Source of the DNA: a virus
Length of the DNA stretch: 15,931 bases
Virus genome (UHGV): UHGV-1804947
Reading direction: 5' to 3' (one strand)
Part shown: positions 1-8,797 of the stretch, piece by piece
Position numbering within the stretch: position 1 is the stretch's first letter
Layout of the letters: every line of letters begins with the position of its first letter
Position numbers and translations under genes: made by a program
Notes under the pieces: model-generated
Seen by the model: only the letters and a program-made list of their open reading frames with translations
Told to the model about the DNA's origin: nothing
The model's database searches: none

Positions 1-120
1 CGCGCTGCTGATGTTGAACCAGTCGATCGTAAAGGTGACTTTGAAATCACTTAGCTCAATTCCCTGACCGTTCCCGTCCACAAGCTGCAGCTCGAAATGT
101 CTCATCCAGTTCTGTGACAT
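1..120 (-). CDS. Putative tail/baseplate protein, 5' partial (first 40 codons; gene continues past the window start)
   Basis: ATG at 120..118 on the minus strand, 2 nt after the TAA stop of the upstream gene (125..123). The frame stays open to the window edge (MSQNWMRHFELQLVDGNGQGIELSDFKVTFTIDWFNISSA...). It sits in the operon downstream of tape measure. Confidence 0.5.
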   Translation of the reverse strand, partial: MSQNWMRHFELQLVDGNGQGIELSDFKVTFTIDWFNISSA

Positions 121-122
121 GC

Positions 123-425
123 TTACTCCGTTGATACCAGTAAATGACTGCGGCCACCCAGATCAGTTTTCGAGGGATAATCCTGTGTGTTGTCATCGCA
201 GACCACCACCAGCTTAAAACCAAGCCCCATACAGGCGTACTGCGCCAGCAGATCAGCGCCAGTGACGAGAGGAATACCGGAGATTACCGGCTCCCCTCTG
301 TCGTTCTGCAGGTCCATAATCCAGTAAGGATCGCGCCATATGATGCTAATCTGCCAAGTGACACCACCCAGGACGATGCTGAACTGCTGGTTTTCCGCTG
401 TCAGCGGAATTTCCTGAATAGTCAT
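123..425 (-). CDS. Hypothetical phage tail protein (100 aa)
   Basis: ORF in the six-frame track. Its ATG at 425..423 shares one nucleotide with the stop of the upstream gene (TAATG), suggesting translational coupling within the tail operon. No family recognised. Confidence 0.5.
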   Translation of the reverse strand: MTIQEIPLTAENQQFSIVLGGVTWQISIIWRDPYWIMDLQNDRGEPVISGIPLVTGADLLAQYACMGLGFKLVVVCDDNTQDYPSKTDLGGRSHLLVSTE

Positions 426-1012
426 TAGCCGCCTCCCAGTAATGACGCCACGTTACCAGTGATGCTTTTCAGCAGTGAAGTATCTGGAGGCTTTGTGGTT
501 TTGTTGCCGCTGTTCTGTAGCGCCGACGTGCTGGCCCCTTCCTTCATGTTGGTTTTATCCGCGACGGTGATCTGCTGTGTCCGGGAGATAAGGACCTCCC
601 TCAGGGTGAGGACGGCGGACAGGACGTTTTCGGTTGTCTTGTCCGTCGTCACTTCCAGCGCCCGGATCAACATGTTGCTGTACAGTCGTTTACCGGTTAC
701 CACATCGAAGGGGATACGGCTTTCCTGCAGATCCAGTAGCTCCTGATACGTCTGCTGAGGACTCAGGCCGAGCAGGCTGGTAGCCGTCAGATTACTGGCA
801 AAATCCAGCAATGCGCCGCCACCGGCGAAACCAACCTCCATCACCACTTCTGACGGTTTTTTATAGGCATGATCAGCGACAGCGGCCCCGACCTCTACCG
901 GATGCTCTGTTATTTCAAGCATATCTGTATGCTTCTCTGAAATAACAACACTGGGAACAATCATTCCTATTTTTCTGCTCTGCTGATGAAAAAGTGTAGA
1001 GAGAATATCCAC
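425..1012 (-). CDS. Putative tail/baseplate protein (195 aa)
   Basis: ORF directly downstream of the tape measure gene. Its ATG at 1012..1010 overlaps the tape measure stop by 1 nt. The position is typical of post-TMP tail or baseplate assembly proteins. Family not identified. Confidence 0.5.
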   Translation of the reverse strand: MDILSTLFHQQSRKIGMIVPSVVISEKHTDMLEITEHPVEVGAAVADHAYKKPSEVVMEVGFAGGGALLDFASNLTATSLLGLSPQQTYQELLDLQESRIPFDVVTGKRLYSNMLIRALEVTTDKTTENVLSAVLTLREVLISRTQQITVADKTNMKEGASTSALQNSGNKTTKPPDTSLLKSITGNVASLLGGG

Positions 1013-3000
1013 TAACTCACCCTCACCTGATTACTTCGCATGACCTGAGCATTTGCAGACTGTTGCCGACGTGCAACCTCATTACCGACAGCGTGCGGAT
1101 CTCCGCCACCGTAAATGTGGTAAGTATTTTGCTGGTTAACCTCTGTCATTTTGCCACTAATTCCCGCCACGGCAGCCTTATTAATCAGCTCTCGAGAATA
1201 GATATTTCTTCCATTTTCATGCTGGATAATGCTGCTCATCAATGCTGACATGGTTTGCGGATCGCTCATATTCAGGGCAGCCCGGGGATCCACTCCCAGT
1301 CGTTGCGATACAGCCCTGATATACGCAGTTGTGTTGTTATTATCAGACGCAGGTGCCCAGGTAGAGATAATTTTCTCCACACTGTTTATTCCCCGTCCGG
1401 CGTACAGCATTAACTGACGAGCAAGAGCCCGTAATCCATCAAAAGCAGTTTCAAATCTGGCAAATCGCCCGCCCGGGCGTTCAAGAGAAGCCCCTGCCTG
1501 ACCAGCAAAATTAAGGTTTCCCGGATTGTTATTCCGTTCTCCTCGTTTCGTAGCCTGTGCATATTGTTCCGGCTCATCATCACTAAACCAGCCGCGTACC
1601 GTCCGGCCCACACTGCGGGGATCGAATCCCCAGTGCTCTTTAATCCAGTCGGCAGTACTGTTAGCGCTGTCTGTAACCATCGGCATCGCTGACGGATTTT
1701 CGCTGCCCTGATTAAGTATCTGTTTGCCGATGCTGACGGCATCAGCCCAGCGGCCATCTTTGATAGCGTTGAGCAGGTCGGCGATCATGTTCAGCATTTT
1801 GCTGAATTCGCCCATCTGGTCGATGAAGTTGCTGAAATCCCACTTCAGGGACCATGATTTGGGGTCAATATTGAGCAGTTTCGCCAGCGCTTTCGCCAGT
1901 TCATTAACAGACCCTTTCAGGTCACGAACCATCTTCAGCGCGGCATCGACCTCCGGCTTCCACTTGCCCCAGTCAATCAGGCTGTCGCCGCCTTCCTTCC
2001 AGGTCTGATAGTCCTCCCACAGAAGGGCAATCCCCGCCGCCAGCGCGGTAATGAGGCCAATCGGCGACATCCAGAACGTACTGTTCAGAATGCGCAGCGC
2101 AATCGTCAGCGCGCCAAACAGCGAGATGAGCTCCCGCGTTTGCTTATCCAGCGATTGCCACCAGGTGATGAGGCCTGATGTTCCTTCAATCAGTCTGAAG
2201 AACAGCCGCCCGATAATATCCCCGAGCGCCAGAATGCCTTTTATGGCTTTCGTCAGGGTCTGCTCGATACGCGGGAAGTTGTCCAGGATATGGCGGCGCA
2301 GAGTGTCCAGCGAACCCGCAAGCCCACCCGCAAGATTAGAGCCGATTTTGTCACGGGCCATGCCTGCCATCGCGCCAAACTCACGCAGGGAGGTCATAAA
2401 TTTGTTGGAGCTTCTGGCCGCCTCGTCAGCATTGAAGCCGATAGCTTTCGCCATTGCGCTGTACTGCCCGGAGAAACCACCCACACCCCGGCGCATAGCC
2501 ATCAGGGTATTTTCGTCAATGCCCAGCATCTGCGCATACTGGTTAGCCCGGTAATACGGCATGCTGCTGAGCTTCTGGCCGACGCCCGTAAAGATAGCGG
2601 CCATGTCGCGCATGTTACCGCTGGCGTCACGGGTCTGTACCCCCAGACGATTCAGAAATCCCTCCGCCCCGGGGTTATTACGGATAAAACGGGCAAGGCT
2701 CTCCAGTGACCCGCGCGCAGCGTCCACGCTGCCGCCAACCTGCGAAACCGCATAGCCAATAGACTGAATTCCCTGGACTGTCGCGCCGGTGCGCTGTGAC
2801 GCCCAGTAAAGATTATCCAGGCCGGAGGCGATCTTAGCCGTGAAGGCCACCACGGACAGCGCAGCTCCTTCAACGGCCAGTCCCATTTTGATGACATTTG
2901 CAGTTGTACCGGCGAGGACAGAACCGAACTTTTTCGCTCCTGCATCATCCACACTGAAGCCAAGCGAGACGAGGAAATCTTTAATAGTTTCAGCGTTCAT
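1012..3000 (-). CDS. Tail tape measure protein (662 aa from ATG 3000)
   Basis: Largest ORF in the tail module, immediately after the chaperone frameshift region. It has a long Ala/Gly-rich helical N-terminal part, a hydrophobic segment (SPIGLITALAAGIALLW) and a distinct C-terminal domain. The preferred start is ATG 3000..2998 (MNAETIKDF...), preceded by AGAGAGG 5 nt upstream. The track start at 3021 has no RBS. Confidence 0.8.
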   Translation of the reverse strand: MNAETIKDFLVSLGFSVDDAGAKKFGSVLAGTTANVIKMGLAVEGAALSVVAFTAKIASGLDNLYWASQRTGATVQGIQSIGYAVSQVGGSVDAARGSLESLARFIRNNPGAEGFLNRLGVQTRDASGNMRDMAAIFTGVGQKLSSMPYYRANQYAQMLGIDENTLMAMRRGVGGFSGQYSAMAKAIGFNADEAARSSNKFMTSLREFGAMAGMARDKIGSNLAGGLAGSLDTLRRHILDNFPRIEQTLTKAIKGILALGDIIGRLFFRLIEGTSGLITWWQSLDKQTRELISLFGALTIALRILNSTFWMSPIGLITALAAGIALLWEDYQTWKEGGDSLIDWGKWKPEVDAALKMVRDLKGSVNELAKALAKLLNIDPKSWSLKWDFSNFIDQMGEFSKMLNMIADLLNAIKDGRWADAVSIGKQILNQGSENPSAMPMVTDSANSTADWIKEHWGFDPRSVGRTVRGWFSDDEPEQYAQATKRGERNNNPGNLNFAGQAGASLERPGGRFARFETAFDGLRALARQLMLYAGRGINSVEKIISTWAPASDNNNTTAYIRAVSQRLGVDPRAALNMSDPQTMSALMSSIIQHENGRNIYSRELINKAAVAGISGKMTEVNQQNTYHIYGGGDPHAVGNEVARRQQSANAQVMRSNQVRVS

Positions 3001-3630
3001 TATCCTCTCTCCATTTCTCAATGCGCCGCTGGTTATCCGCTTTTACCGCCAGATGGTCATTCAAGAGAGCAATGTCATACAAATCGACAGAGCCATCTTT
3101 AAGTGCTGTATAGGGAATTAACCCGGCGTCAACCGGATTGAGAAGGTAGGACAGCCCGTCCGGCAGGCTGTTAAACGTCAGCCCTGTTGCAGGCTCTGCG
3201 TCGTGCTGGTAAGGGGTGTAGGCAAAAAATTTCCCAGCGAATCGGCGACCACCCGCGCCACCAGATGAAGCATGACCAGCAAGTCAATATCATCAAACAT
3301 CAGTTCGCCCTGGGTAAATACCGGAACCCATCCGTCCATATGACGCCGCGACACCACCGCAAGACAGGGATGAATAATCGCATCGGTGTCATCTTCGGTC
3401 AGGGAAGACAGTTCCTCAGCGATACGCGGGAGCATGGTTTCAAACACCGGTTTTAACTGCTCGAATTTCACGGTGTCGATTTTGCCATCAGCAGGCAAAC
3501 GGGAGCGAATGCTCCCGAAATCTGACATCATTCCTGCCAGCACCGGCAGAAGTTTGCGGGTCACTTTCAGCTGATCAAAAACGCTGAGTTTTGCCGCGCG
3601 ATATTTCACGCCTTTGATTTCGAATTCCAT
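2990..3630 (-). CDS. Tail assembly chaperone, -1 frameshift-extended product (lambda GT-like, about 213 aa)
   Basis: The -1 frame is open for 77 codons from the slippery site at 3229..3223 to a TGA at 2992..2990 that overlaps the tape measure start. It exactly fills the otherwise non-coding 156-nt gap. Hand translation of the extension: AYTPYQHDAEPATGLTFNSLPDGLSYLLNPVDAGLIPYTALKDGSVDLYDIALLNDHLAVKADNQRRIEKWREDNER. Confidence 0.55.
3178..3630 (-). CDS. Tail assembly chaperone, zero-frame product (lambda G-like, 150 aa)
   Basis: Small acidic ORF between the tail tube and tape measure genes. RBS GGGAG lies 8 nt upstream of ATG 3630. A slippery heptamer sits 12 codons before its stop (next features). 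Confidence 0.7.
   Translation of the reverse strand: MEFEIKGVKYRAAKLSVFDQLKVTRKLLPVLAGMMSDFGSIRSRLPADGKIDTVKFEQLKPVFETMLPRIAEELSSLTEDDTDAIIHPCLAVVSRRHMDGWVPVFTQGELMFDDIDLLVMLHLVARVVADSLGNFLPTPLTSTTQSLQQG
3223..3229 (-). promoter_or_regulatory. Programmed -1 ribosomal frameshift slippery heptamer T_TTT_TTG
   Basis: Minus-strand sequence GGA AAT TTT TTG CCT in the chaperone zero frame gives an X_XXY_YYZ heptamer. It is in the canonical position for the conserved tail-chaperone frameshift. Confidence 0.5.
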
Positions 3631-3633
3631 GTA

Positions 3634-4074
3634 TTAAAACTCCCCGAGAACCTGGTCAATCTTGCCGCAGTCAAACACCCACGGCATCGTATTACCGGTT
3701 TTAGCGTTGGCATTATCCGGTTGTTTCTGGAACGCAACACTACGTGCCGTGATGATGTCGCCGCTGACCTTGTTTCGGATCACAATAACGTTATTCCCCC
3801 ATGTGGCAGAAGACTGGCTCTGTGCGTTATACGCCAGCGACAATTTTTTATTTGTCGGTGATGTCTTCAGAAGGTTAACGGTAATCGTCCCGCTTTTATC
3901 TGCATGGAGACTGTGCATCACTTCGCCATCAGAACCGATGGTCATGGTGTTTTTAGGACCGCCCATCGCAACCACAATCCCCTCTTCAGAACTTGCAGAA
4001 CCGTACCCGAGGTCAATCGAACCGGTCGGCCCGGTCAGCGTCGCAGTGACATCCATAAAAGAATAGGTAGACAT
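3634..4074 (-). CDS. Tail tube protein (146 aa)
   Basis: ORF between the sheath-sized gene and the chaperone. Strong RBS (AAGGGGAAG) upstream of ATG 4074. Size and position are typical of a contractile-tail tube protein. Confidence 0.65.
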   Translation of the reverse strand: MSTYSFMDVTATLTGPTGSIDLGYGSASSEEGIVVAMGGPKNTMTIGSDGEVMHSLHADKSGTITVNLLKTSPTNKKLSLAYNAQSQSSATWGNNVIVIRNKVSGDIITARSVAFQKQPDNANAKTGNTMPWVFDCGKIDQVLGEF

Positions 4075-4084
4075 TCACTTCCCC

Positions 4085-5230
4085 TTAGCGAACAACGTTA
4101 ATCTGTACGTCAGCGTAATGAACCGCGCCTGCAAGTTTTATTGCAGCCTGAATCACCGGAGCCTTACGGGCTTCACGTTCTGATTGTGCCTGTTCATCCA
4201 GCGGCTGGGCGTATACGTAATAACCTTTGGGCAGTGTGTCACCTGATGACAACTGACCAAGGTCGCCCCCGTTCCATACGCCCGGAGCAATCAGTCCATT
4301 CTGAACGGCCTGATCCAGTGATTTTTCAACATTTGATAACAGTCGGGTAATACCGGCTTCAGTCTGGGGAACTTTCGTGGTGCTGGTATAAAGCAGGTTA
4401 TAGAGGTTGGTCTGCACATAATTCTGTAACCAGTCCAGGCCGTGGCGTTCATCAAAGAAATCGCCGTTAGCCATCACTCCCTGCTGGAGGATAGCTGTAT
4501 CATTCTGGTAGTACACGAACACATTGCAGTTTTTTGCATCAAGTGCCGATGCCTGGCTGACTGTCAGTGTTTCATACCCGACACCCGGCTCCTGCTTAAA
4601 CTTGAGCGTAATCGCGGTATTACTGCCATTGAAATTAACCGTGAATGCCCGGCCAAATGCAGATAACGCAGCGTATTTATTACCCGATGAATATTGAATA
4701 AAACTGCGTGAATATCCGGCGATTTTCAGTTTTGATGCCAAATCATCGCTGGATGCAGTCTGCAGGCATTTCTCATCGCTTGTCGTAATCGCCAGAATAC
4801 GGCTTACAGAAGAGGATTCGATCGCCGCAGCCACTTTCAGCCAGTCTGCATCCGGAATATCTTCATCGTCTGCAATCCCCAGCCCATACCATGAAGTATA
4901 ATCGAGCATGGCATTCACAGCCTGCTCCAGCGTCTCAGGCGTGGCCTGTTCGCTGTCTCCCTTCGTTTTCACCCAACGACCAACAAAAACCTCCTGAGGT
5001 TTCGGTGATTGAGAGAAAAACACCTGCGCAGCCTTATATTCTGGTGATTCCACGCCAAAATCTTTTCCAATATCTTCCGCGGCAGAATAACGGCGAATGC
5101 GCTCACTTACCGGAATGATTGTGGACGGGCCGAGAATGAGTAATGCACCAAAATTTCGCCCTGATGCTGCACGCGGCGACATGATCACATCAACATTAAC
5201 AACGTTTGATACAGGCAAGCCCTGTGCCAT
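4085..5230 (-). CDS. Tail sheath protein (381 aa)
   Basis: ORF immediately upstream of the tube gene. RBS GGAG lies 8 nt before ATG 5230. The sheath-tube-chaperone-TMP order is diagnostic of a contractile tail module. Family assignment is from memory and unverified. Confidence 0.6.
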   Translation of the reverse strand: MAQGLPVSNVVNVDVIMSPRAASGRNFGALLILGPSTIIPVSERIRRYSAAEDIGKDFGVESPEYKAAQVFFSQSPKPQEVFVGRWVKTKGDSEQATPETLEQAVNAMLDYTSWYGLGIADDEDIPDADWLKVAAAIESSSVSRILAITTSDEKCLQTASSDDLASKLKIAGYSRSFIQYSSGNKYAALSAFGRAFTVNFNGSNTAITLKFKQEPGVGYETLTVSQASALDAKNCNVFVYYQNDTAILQQGVMANGDFFDERHGLDWLQNYVQTNLYNLLYTSTTKVPQTEAGITRLLSNVEKSLDQAVQNGLIAPGVWNGGDLGQLSSGDTLPKGYYVYAQPLDEQAQSEREARKAPVIQAAIKLAGAVHYADVQINVVR

Positions 5231-5233
5231 AGC

Positions 5234-5797
5234 TTAATCTCCGAAAAAGATGACTGGTGCTTCCACCAGCGATTTAATACCGTACTCGCGCACAATCTTC
5301 CGGCGCAGACGCACCGTCATATCGTAGCGGCGGATCCATTGCTGATTAATAAGTTCAGGGAAGGGAGTCAGACCTGTGTAATCGCCAAGAGACAGCCCCA
5401 GCGCATTCAGTGCTGCGTTGTTCTGCGGTACAGATATACCGTCACGAAACCGGGACGCATACACCATCCCCGCCGGACCATAAAACGAAGCCATACACTC
5501 AATCGTTTCATGCCGCCAGAGCTGAGAGCCATCATCGGTCTGTCTGGTGAATGCCGGACTGTCATCACCTGACCATCCGATAACCCCAAACGCACACCAG
5601 TTCGTTTCAGCCGGTAGCAGTGGCGGTTGCTCTTTCTGCCAGCGCGGACGAACCATCCCGGCAGACAGACCGGAAACGTTACGCATCCACTGGCTTAACA
5701 GCCTGTCGAGCGCTTCGTCATAATCCGGATCGCCACTGGTTGGTATTAACCATCCGCGCTCTGTACTGGTGTTATTGCTCAACCGGAGTTCCCCCAT
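5234..5797 (-). CDS. Hypothetical virion protein (tail completion or neck candidate, 187 aa)
   Basis: ORF between the connector genes and the sheath. I prefer ATG 5797..5795 over the TTG at 5800 used by the track. The start overlaps the upstream gene by about 26 nt and has no clear SD, so the start is uncertain. Confidence 0.5.
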   Translation of the reverse strand: MGELRLSNNTSTERGWLIPTSGDPDYDEALDRLLSQWMRNVSGLSAGMVRPRWQKEQPPLLPAETNWCAFGVIGWSGDDSPAFTRQTDDGSQLWRHETIECMASFYGPAGMVYASRFRDGISVPQNNAALNALGLSLGDYTGLTPFPELINQQWIRRYDMTVRLRRKIVREYGIKSLVEAPVIFFGD

Positions 5798-6161
5798 CAA
5801 ACGGCATCAACTCACAATGCGCCTGAACGAATCCGGCCCCATAAGCTGTATACGGGTCGACGAAGGTCACACGATAATCACGGCCCTGATACGTCACGAT
5901 ATCGGCATCACGCCCAGTCTGTCCCTGCGTCAGTCGCTCAGTCGTCACAATCAGAATTGCACCGCTGATTACCTGCCCTGCCTGCATACGGCGGTTTTCC
6001 AGAGAGCGATCAACAGTTACGACTCCGGCAAACTGCTTTTTTACTTCACTGTCGCTACCGATCCCGTCCTCATCCACCGTTTGCACACGCCGTGTTACCC
6101 ACAAATTGAAGTCGCAAAAATCGGGGTCAAAAAGCACATCTGTTACATCAAGAGTCGGCAT
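5772..6161 (-). CDS. Hypothetical head-tail joining protein (129 aa)
   Basis: ORF with RBS GAGGA 6 nt upstream of ATG 6161. It overlaps the upstream gene by 14 nt. Position between capsid and tail modules. Confidence 0.5.
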   Translation of the reverse strand: MPTLDVTDVLFDPDFCDFNLWVTRRVQTVDEDGIGSDSEVKKQFAGVVTVDRSLENRRMQAGQVISGAILIVTTERLTQGQTGRDADIVTYQGRDYRVTFVDPYTAYGAGFVQAHCELMPFDGGTPVEQ

Positions 6162-6702
6162 CTTTATTCCTCACAACATGGGTAATGGCTCTGCGATATT
6201 GCCCGGTGTCGATTAGCGGTTTCACCAGATCGGTTCCGGGGGACTCGCCAGCAGCGCGTCGGGCAAGCTCCGCTTTCGCCCCTTTACGCCCTCGACGCGC
6301 GCGGGCTTCAACGGTGCTATCAGCAAGCGGTGTAAAGCCGGTAATAGTCATGTAACGCCTGACGCCATTAGCGGCCAGCGTTCCGGCACGGTTGAGCGCT
6401 CTTTCCGCACCCGCCGCATTACCATCAAGCGCAGCCTGCGCCGCTGCTTTGAGCTGCGGCACTGTCTGTTCTTCTACCGATTTAACGCCGGGGACCAGGT
6501 GAGGTCGTGGCGGGATGTTTTGCGCCGGTGAGCCGTATTCGTTGAGGTAACCGATCCCGGCATTACCAAACGGAACATCCTCACGCTCGCTGTCTGCTTC
6601 CGGGATACCCACCAGCACTTCTTTTTTATTGATGGATTTGAGCGCATCCAGAATGGCCTGAGCGTTATCCACCCTCGTTGTTACACCGCTTTTGAAACTC
6701 AT
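6148..6702 (-). CDS. Hypothetical head-tail connector/completion protein (184 aa)
   Basis: ORF with an ATGA start/stop overlap with the upstream gene (6702..6699). Ala/Arg-rich C-terminal half. Position in the head-tail joining block. Confidence 0.5.
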   Translation of the reverse strand: MSFKSGVTTRVDNAQAILDALKSINKKEVLVGIPEADSEREDVPFGNAGIGYLNEYGSPAQNIPPRPHLVPGVKSVEEQTVPQLKAAAQAALDGNAAGAERALNRAGTLAANGVRRYMTITGFTPLADSTVEARARRGRKGAKAELARRAAGESPGTDLVKPLIDTGQYRRAITHVVRNKDADS

Positions 6703-7106
6703 AGCTGGCGACCACCTGCACCGAACATCGTGATCAACTGATAAAATTCAGCGCCATATCGGGTGTTATTCCAGAAACCTGCATCAGGATTCAGCGTCGC
6801 GCTGGTGTCATAACTGACGCTTACCTTGTCAACAGACTTTGAGGATTGAACACCATTGGTTGAACCGCCCGGGCCGCCAACCAGCATTGCCCGACTATCT
6901 GCCGCCCATAGCGTCATGTAGTGAGCCACGAACAACTCGGCAAAGTACGGAAACAACTTTTTTCCGGTGACGTTTTCGCTCAGCAGTTCATCGGCCAGAT
7001 TCAGACGAAACTGGATTTGCGCTTCGGGATATTTGGCAGGGTCAGCAAACTGCGGGAAGTCGCGGCGAAAATCACTTACCGCTGGCAGACTTTGATTCTT
7101 TGGCAT
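6699..7106 (-). CDS. Hypothetical head-tail connector protein (135 aa)
   Basis: ORF with RBS GAGGT upstream of ATG 7106. Overlaps the preceding gene by 35 nt. Confidence 0.5.
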   Translation of the reverse strand: MPKNQSLPAVSDFRRDFPQFADPAKYPEAQIQFRLNLADELLSENVTGKKLFPYFAELFVAHYMTLWAADSRAMLVGGPGGSTNGVQSSKSVDKVSVSYDTSATLNPDAGFWNNTRYGAEFYQLITMFGAGGRQL

Positions 7107-7293
7107 TTTTTACCTCGTTACGCGCGTCTGTGGCTTTGCCAACGGATACTTCCGCGTGCGCACGAGTGAACCAGTGCGTGGCAACTTCTTCCTCCACAGC
7201 ATGACGGCCTTTAACAAACTCGCTCCGTGAACCGTCGGGAAGCGTGAGCACAAACGGGGTATGTACGTGTATTACTGCATTATTTTTTGCCAT
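7072..7293 (-). CDS. Small hypothetical virion protein (73 aa)
   Basis: ORF immediately downstream of the major capsid gene. RBS AAGGA lies 7 nt upstream of ATG 7293. Confidence 0.5.
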   Translation of the reverse strand: MAKNNAVIHVHTPFVLTLPDGSRSEFVKGRHAVEEEVATHWFTRAHAEVSVGKATDARNEVKNAKESKSASGK

Positions 7294-7308
7294 CGGGTCA
7301 TCCTTAAT

Positions 7309-7326
7309 GGCCCCCGCCAGGGGGCC
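7309..7326 (-). promoter_or_regulatory. GC-rich stem-loop just downstream of the major capsid gene (7-bp stem GGCCCCC/GGGGGCC, 4-nt loop)
   Basis: Perfect inverted repeat read directly from the sequence, in the 42-nt gap between the capsid stop (7336) and the next start (7293). No U-tract follows on the transcribed strand, so it is not a canonical intrinsic terminator. Confidence 0.4.
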
Positions 7327-7335
7327 ATGTGGCTG

Positions 7336-8277
7336 TTAAATGCCATCAACGTACGAAATGGTTTCTTTGTACACTGGCTCAACCGCACCCAGCTTGCCGT
7401 AGTAAGTGACGATCTGATACAGACTGCGATACTGCACCGGCACGCTCTGAAGCGGAACCAGCGGGTAGCGGACGTATTTTTTATCGTTGGTATACGCAAC
7501 CATGCGATCCTTTTTCCCCACACCACGGCCTTTCAGCCATTTAACCGCGCGGATATTCAGCGGAACACCGTTCTGGTGATAGCTGATGGTGTTGGTCTGA
7601 AGGTACGTCAACAGGGACTGGTTACCCGCAGATGAAACGATGATGCTGGACAACAGAGCAAACTGCTCAGGTGGGATCAGCAAATCACTCGGAACCACAG
7701 AGTAACCGGAAGCGGCCCACGCATCAGACAGCACCTGGTTAATGCTTGCGCGGATTTCGTCCGGTGTTGAGGTTGCCCACGTTTTGGCAGCGTTGTTGAC
7801 AGGCACGCCGTCCAGGGTAACAAGGCCTTTCAGGTTTAATGCTGAATCGCCAACATATACCTGTTCATCGTTATCCATCTGCCATTTCAGTTGCATCCCG
7901 TCATACTTCTGCGTATCGATCGGGCGTCCGACCTGCTGAGCAGCCTGCAATTCTATGACCGTCCAGCCAAGTTCCATCCCCCACAGGTTCAGCGGGTTAC
8001 CGGATTTGCCGATATCCACGTTCACGCCAGCAATAGCGGTTGAGTCTTTGCCTACCCAGTTTTTGCCATTCGGATTTGCGCCAGTACCCGCAGCGGCGAA
8101 GCTGGTATTCGTCCAGCTGGAAATGTCATCTGCGATGGAGACATCTTCACGCAGTTGGATATCGCGGGTCCAGGTGTACCCCACCAGTGGCAGGTTCAGC
8201 GTCTGGTCGAGTCGTTCCAGCTCCCCGATGAGAAAGGCACCAGAGCTGTCAACGGTTGCCTGATCAAAAGTAATCAT
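7336..8277 (-). CDS. Major capsid protein (313 aa)
   Basis: ORF in the canonical position after the scaffold and accessory head genes. RBS AAGGA lies 8 nt upstream of ATG 8277. It is followed by a stabilising hairpin. Size fits a major capsid protein. Confidence 0.7.
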   Translation of the reverse strand: MITFDQATVDSSGAFLIGELERLDQTLNLPLVGYTWTRDIQLREDVSIADDISSWTNTSFAAAGTGANPNGKNWVGKDSTAIAGVNVDIGKSGNPLNLWGMELGWTVIELQAAQQVGRPIDTQKYDGMQLKWQMDNDEQVYVGDSALNLKGLVTLDGVPVNNAAKTWATSTPDEIRASINQVLSDAWAASGYSVVPSDLLIPPEQFALLSSIIVSSAGNQSLLTYLQTNTISYHQNGVPLNIRAVKWLKGRGVGKKDRMVAYTNDKKYVRYPLVPLQSVPVQYRSLYQIVTYYGKLGAVEPVYKETISYVDGI

Positions 8278-8288
8278 TCGTCTGTTCC

Positions 8289-8771
8289 TTAAATCTTCCA
8301 GGAAATTTCTGCATTGCCGTTAGCATCACCGGCACCTGTGAATTCAGCGTTGGTCAGCACCACGTTTTTGCCACTGACTGACGTGGCCATGAATCCACCC
8401 AGCGGCACTTTGATGGATTCATCAGTGGAGACGACAACGTATACCGGGTCGCCTTTTTTGATGGTGCTGGCATCAAAATCAGAACCGAGATTAACGGTCA
8501 CGTAGCCACGCTTCATTGCGTCGCCCGGGAAGTTCTTGCCACTCCCCACCTGGCGAACCATGTCCGGCTGCGAAGTGGTCGGATAAGGGCGCACATAGAT
8601 CCCCTTCACCTTGTCTGCGGTATCACCATCTGCCAGCGGCACGAAAAAACCGTCATCATCGTATTTACCAGCCAGCCCATAGGCAGCGAAGGCGTTATCG
8701 GATTTAAGGACCACCGGTTCGACGGTTAAGTCCTGCGGGCGAGAGACAGCCCCGGCAATGCCAACAGGCAT
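8289..8771 (-). CDS. Phage head structural protein (decoration or accessory capsid candidate, 160 aa)
   Basis: ORF between the scaffold-like gene and the major capsid gene. No clear SD at ATG 8771, so the start is uncertain. Confidence 0.5.
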   Translation of the reverse strand: MPVGIAGAVSRPQDLTVEPVVLKSDNAFAAYGLAGKYDDDGFFVPLADGDTADKVKGIYVRPYPTTSQPDMVRQVGSGKNFPGDAMKRGYVTVNLGSDFDASTIKKGDPVYVVVSTDESIKVPLGGFMATSVSGKNVVLTNAEFTGAGDANGNAEISWKI

Positions 8772-8797
8772 CCGGTACAGAATACATTATTCATTTT

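Noticed and set aside
3001-3021. Tape measure start at ATG 3021 (track N-terminus MRNGERI-)
   Set aside because: ATG 3000 is preceded by AGAGAGG at ideal spacing, and 3021 is not. The upstream stretch is better explained as the end of the chaperone -1 frameshift extension.
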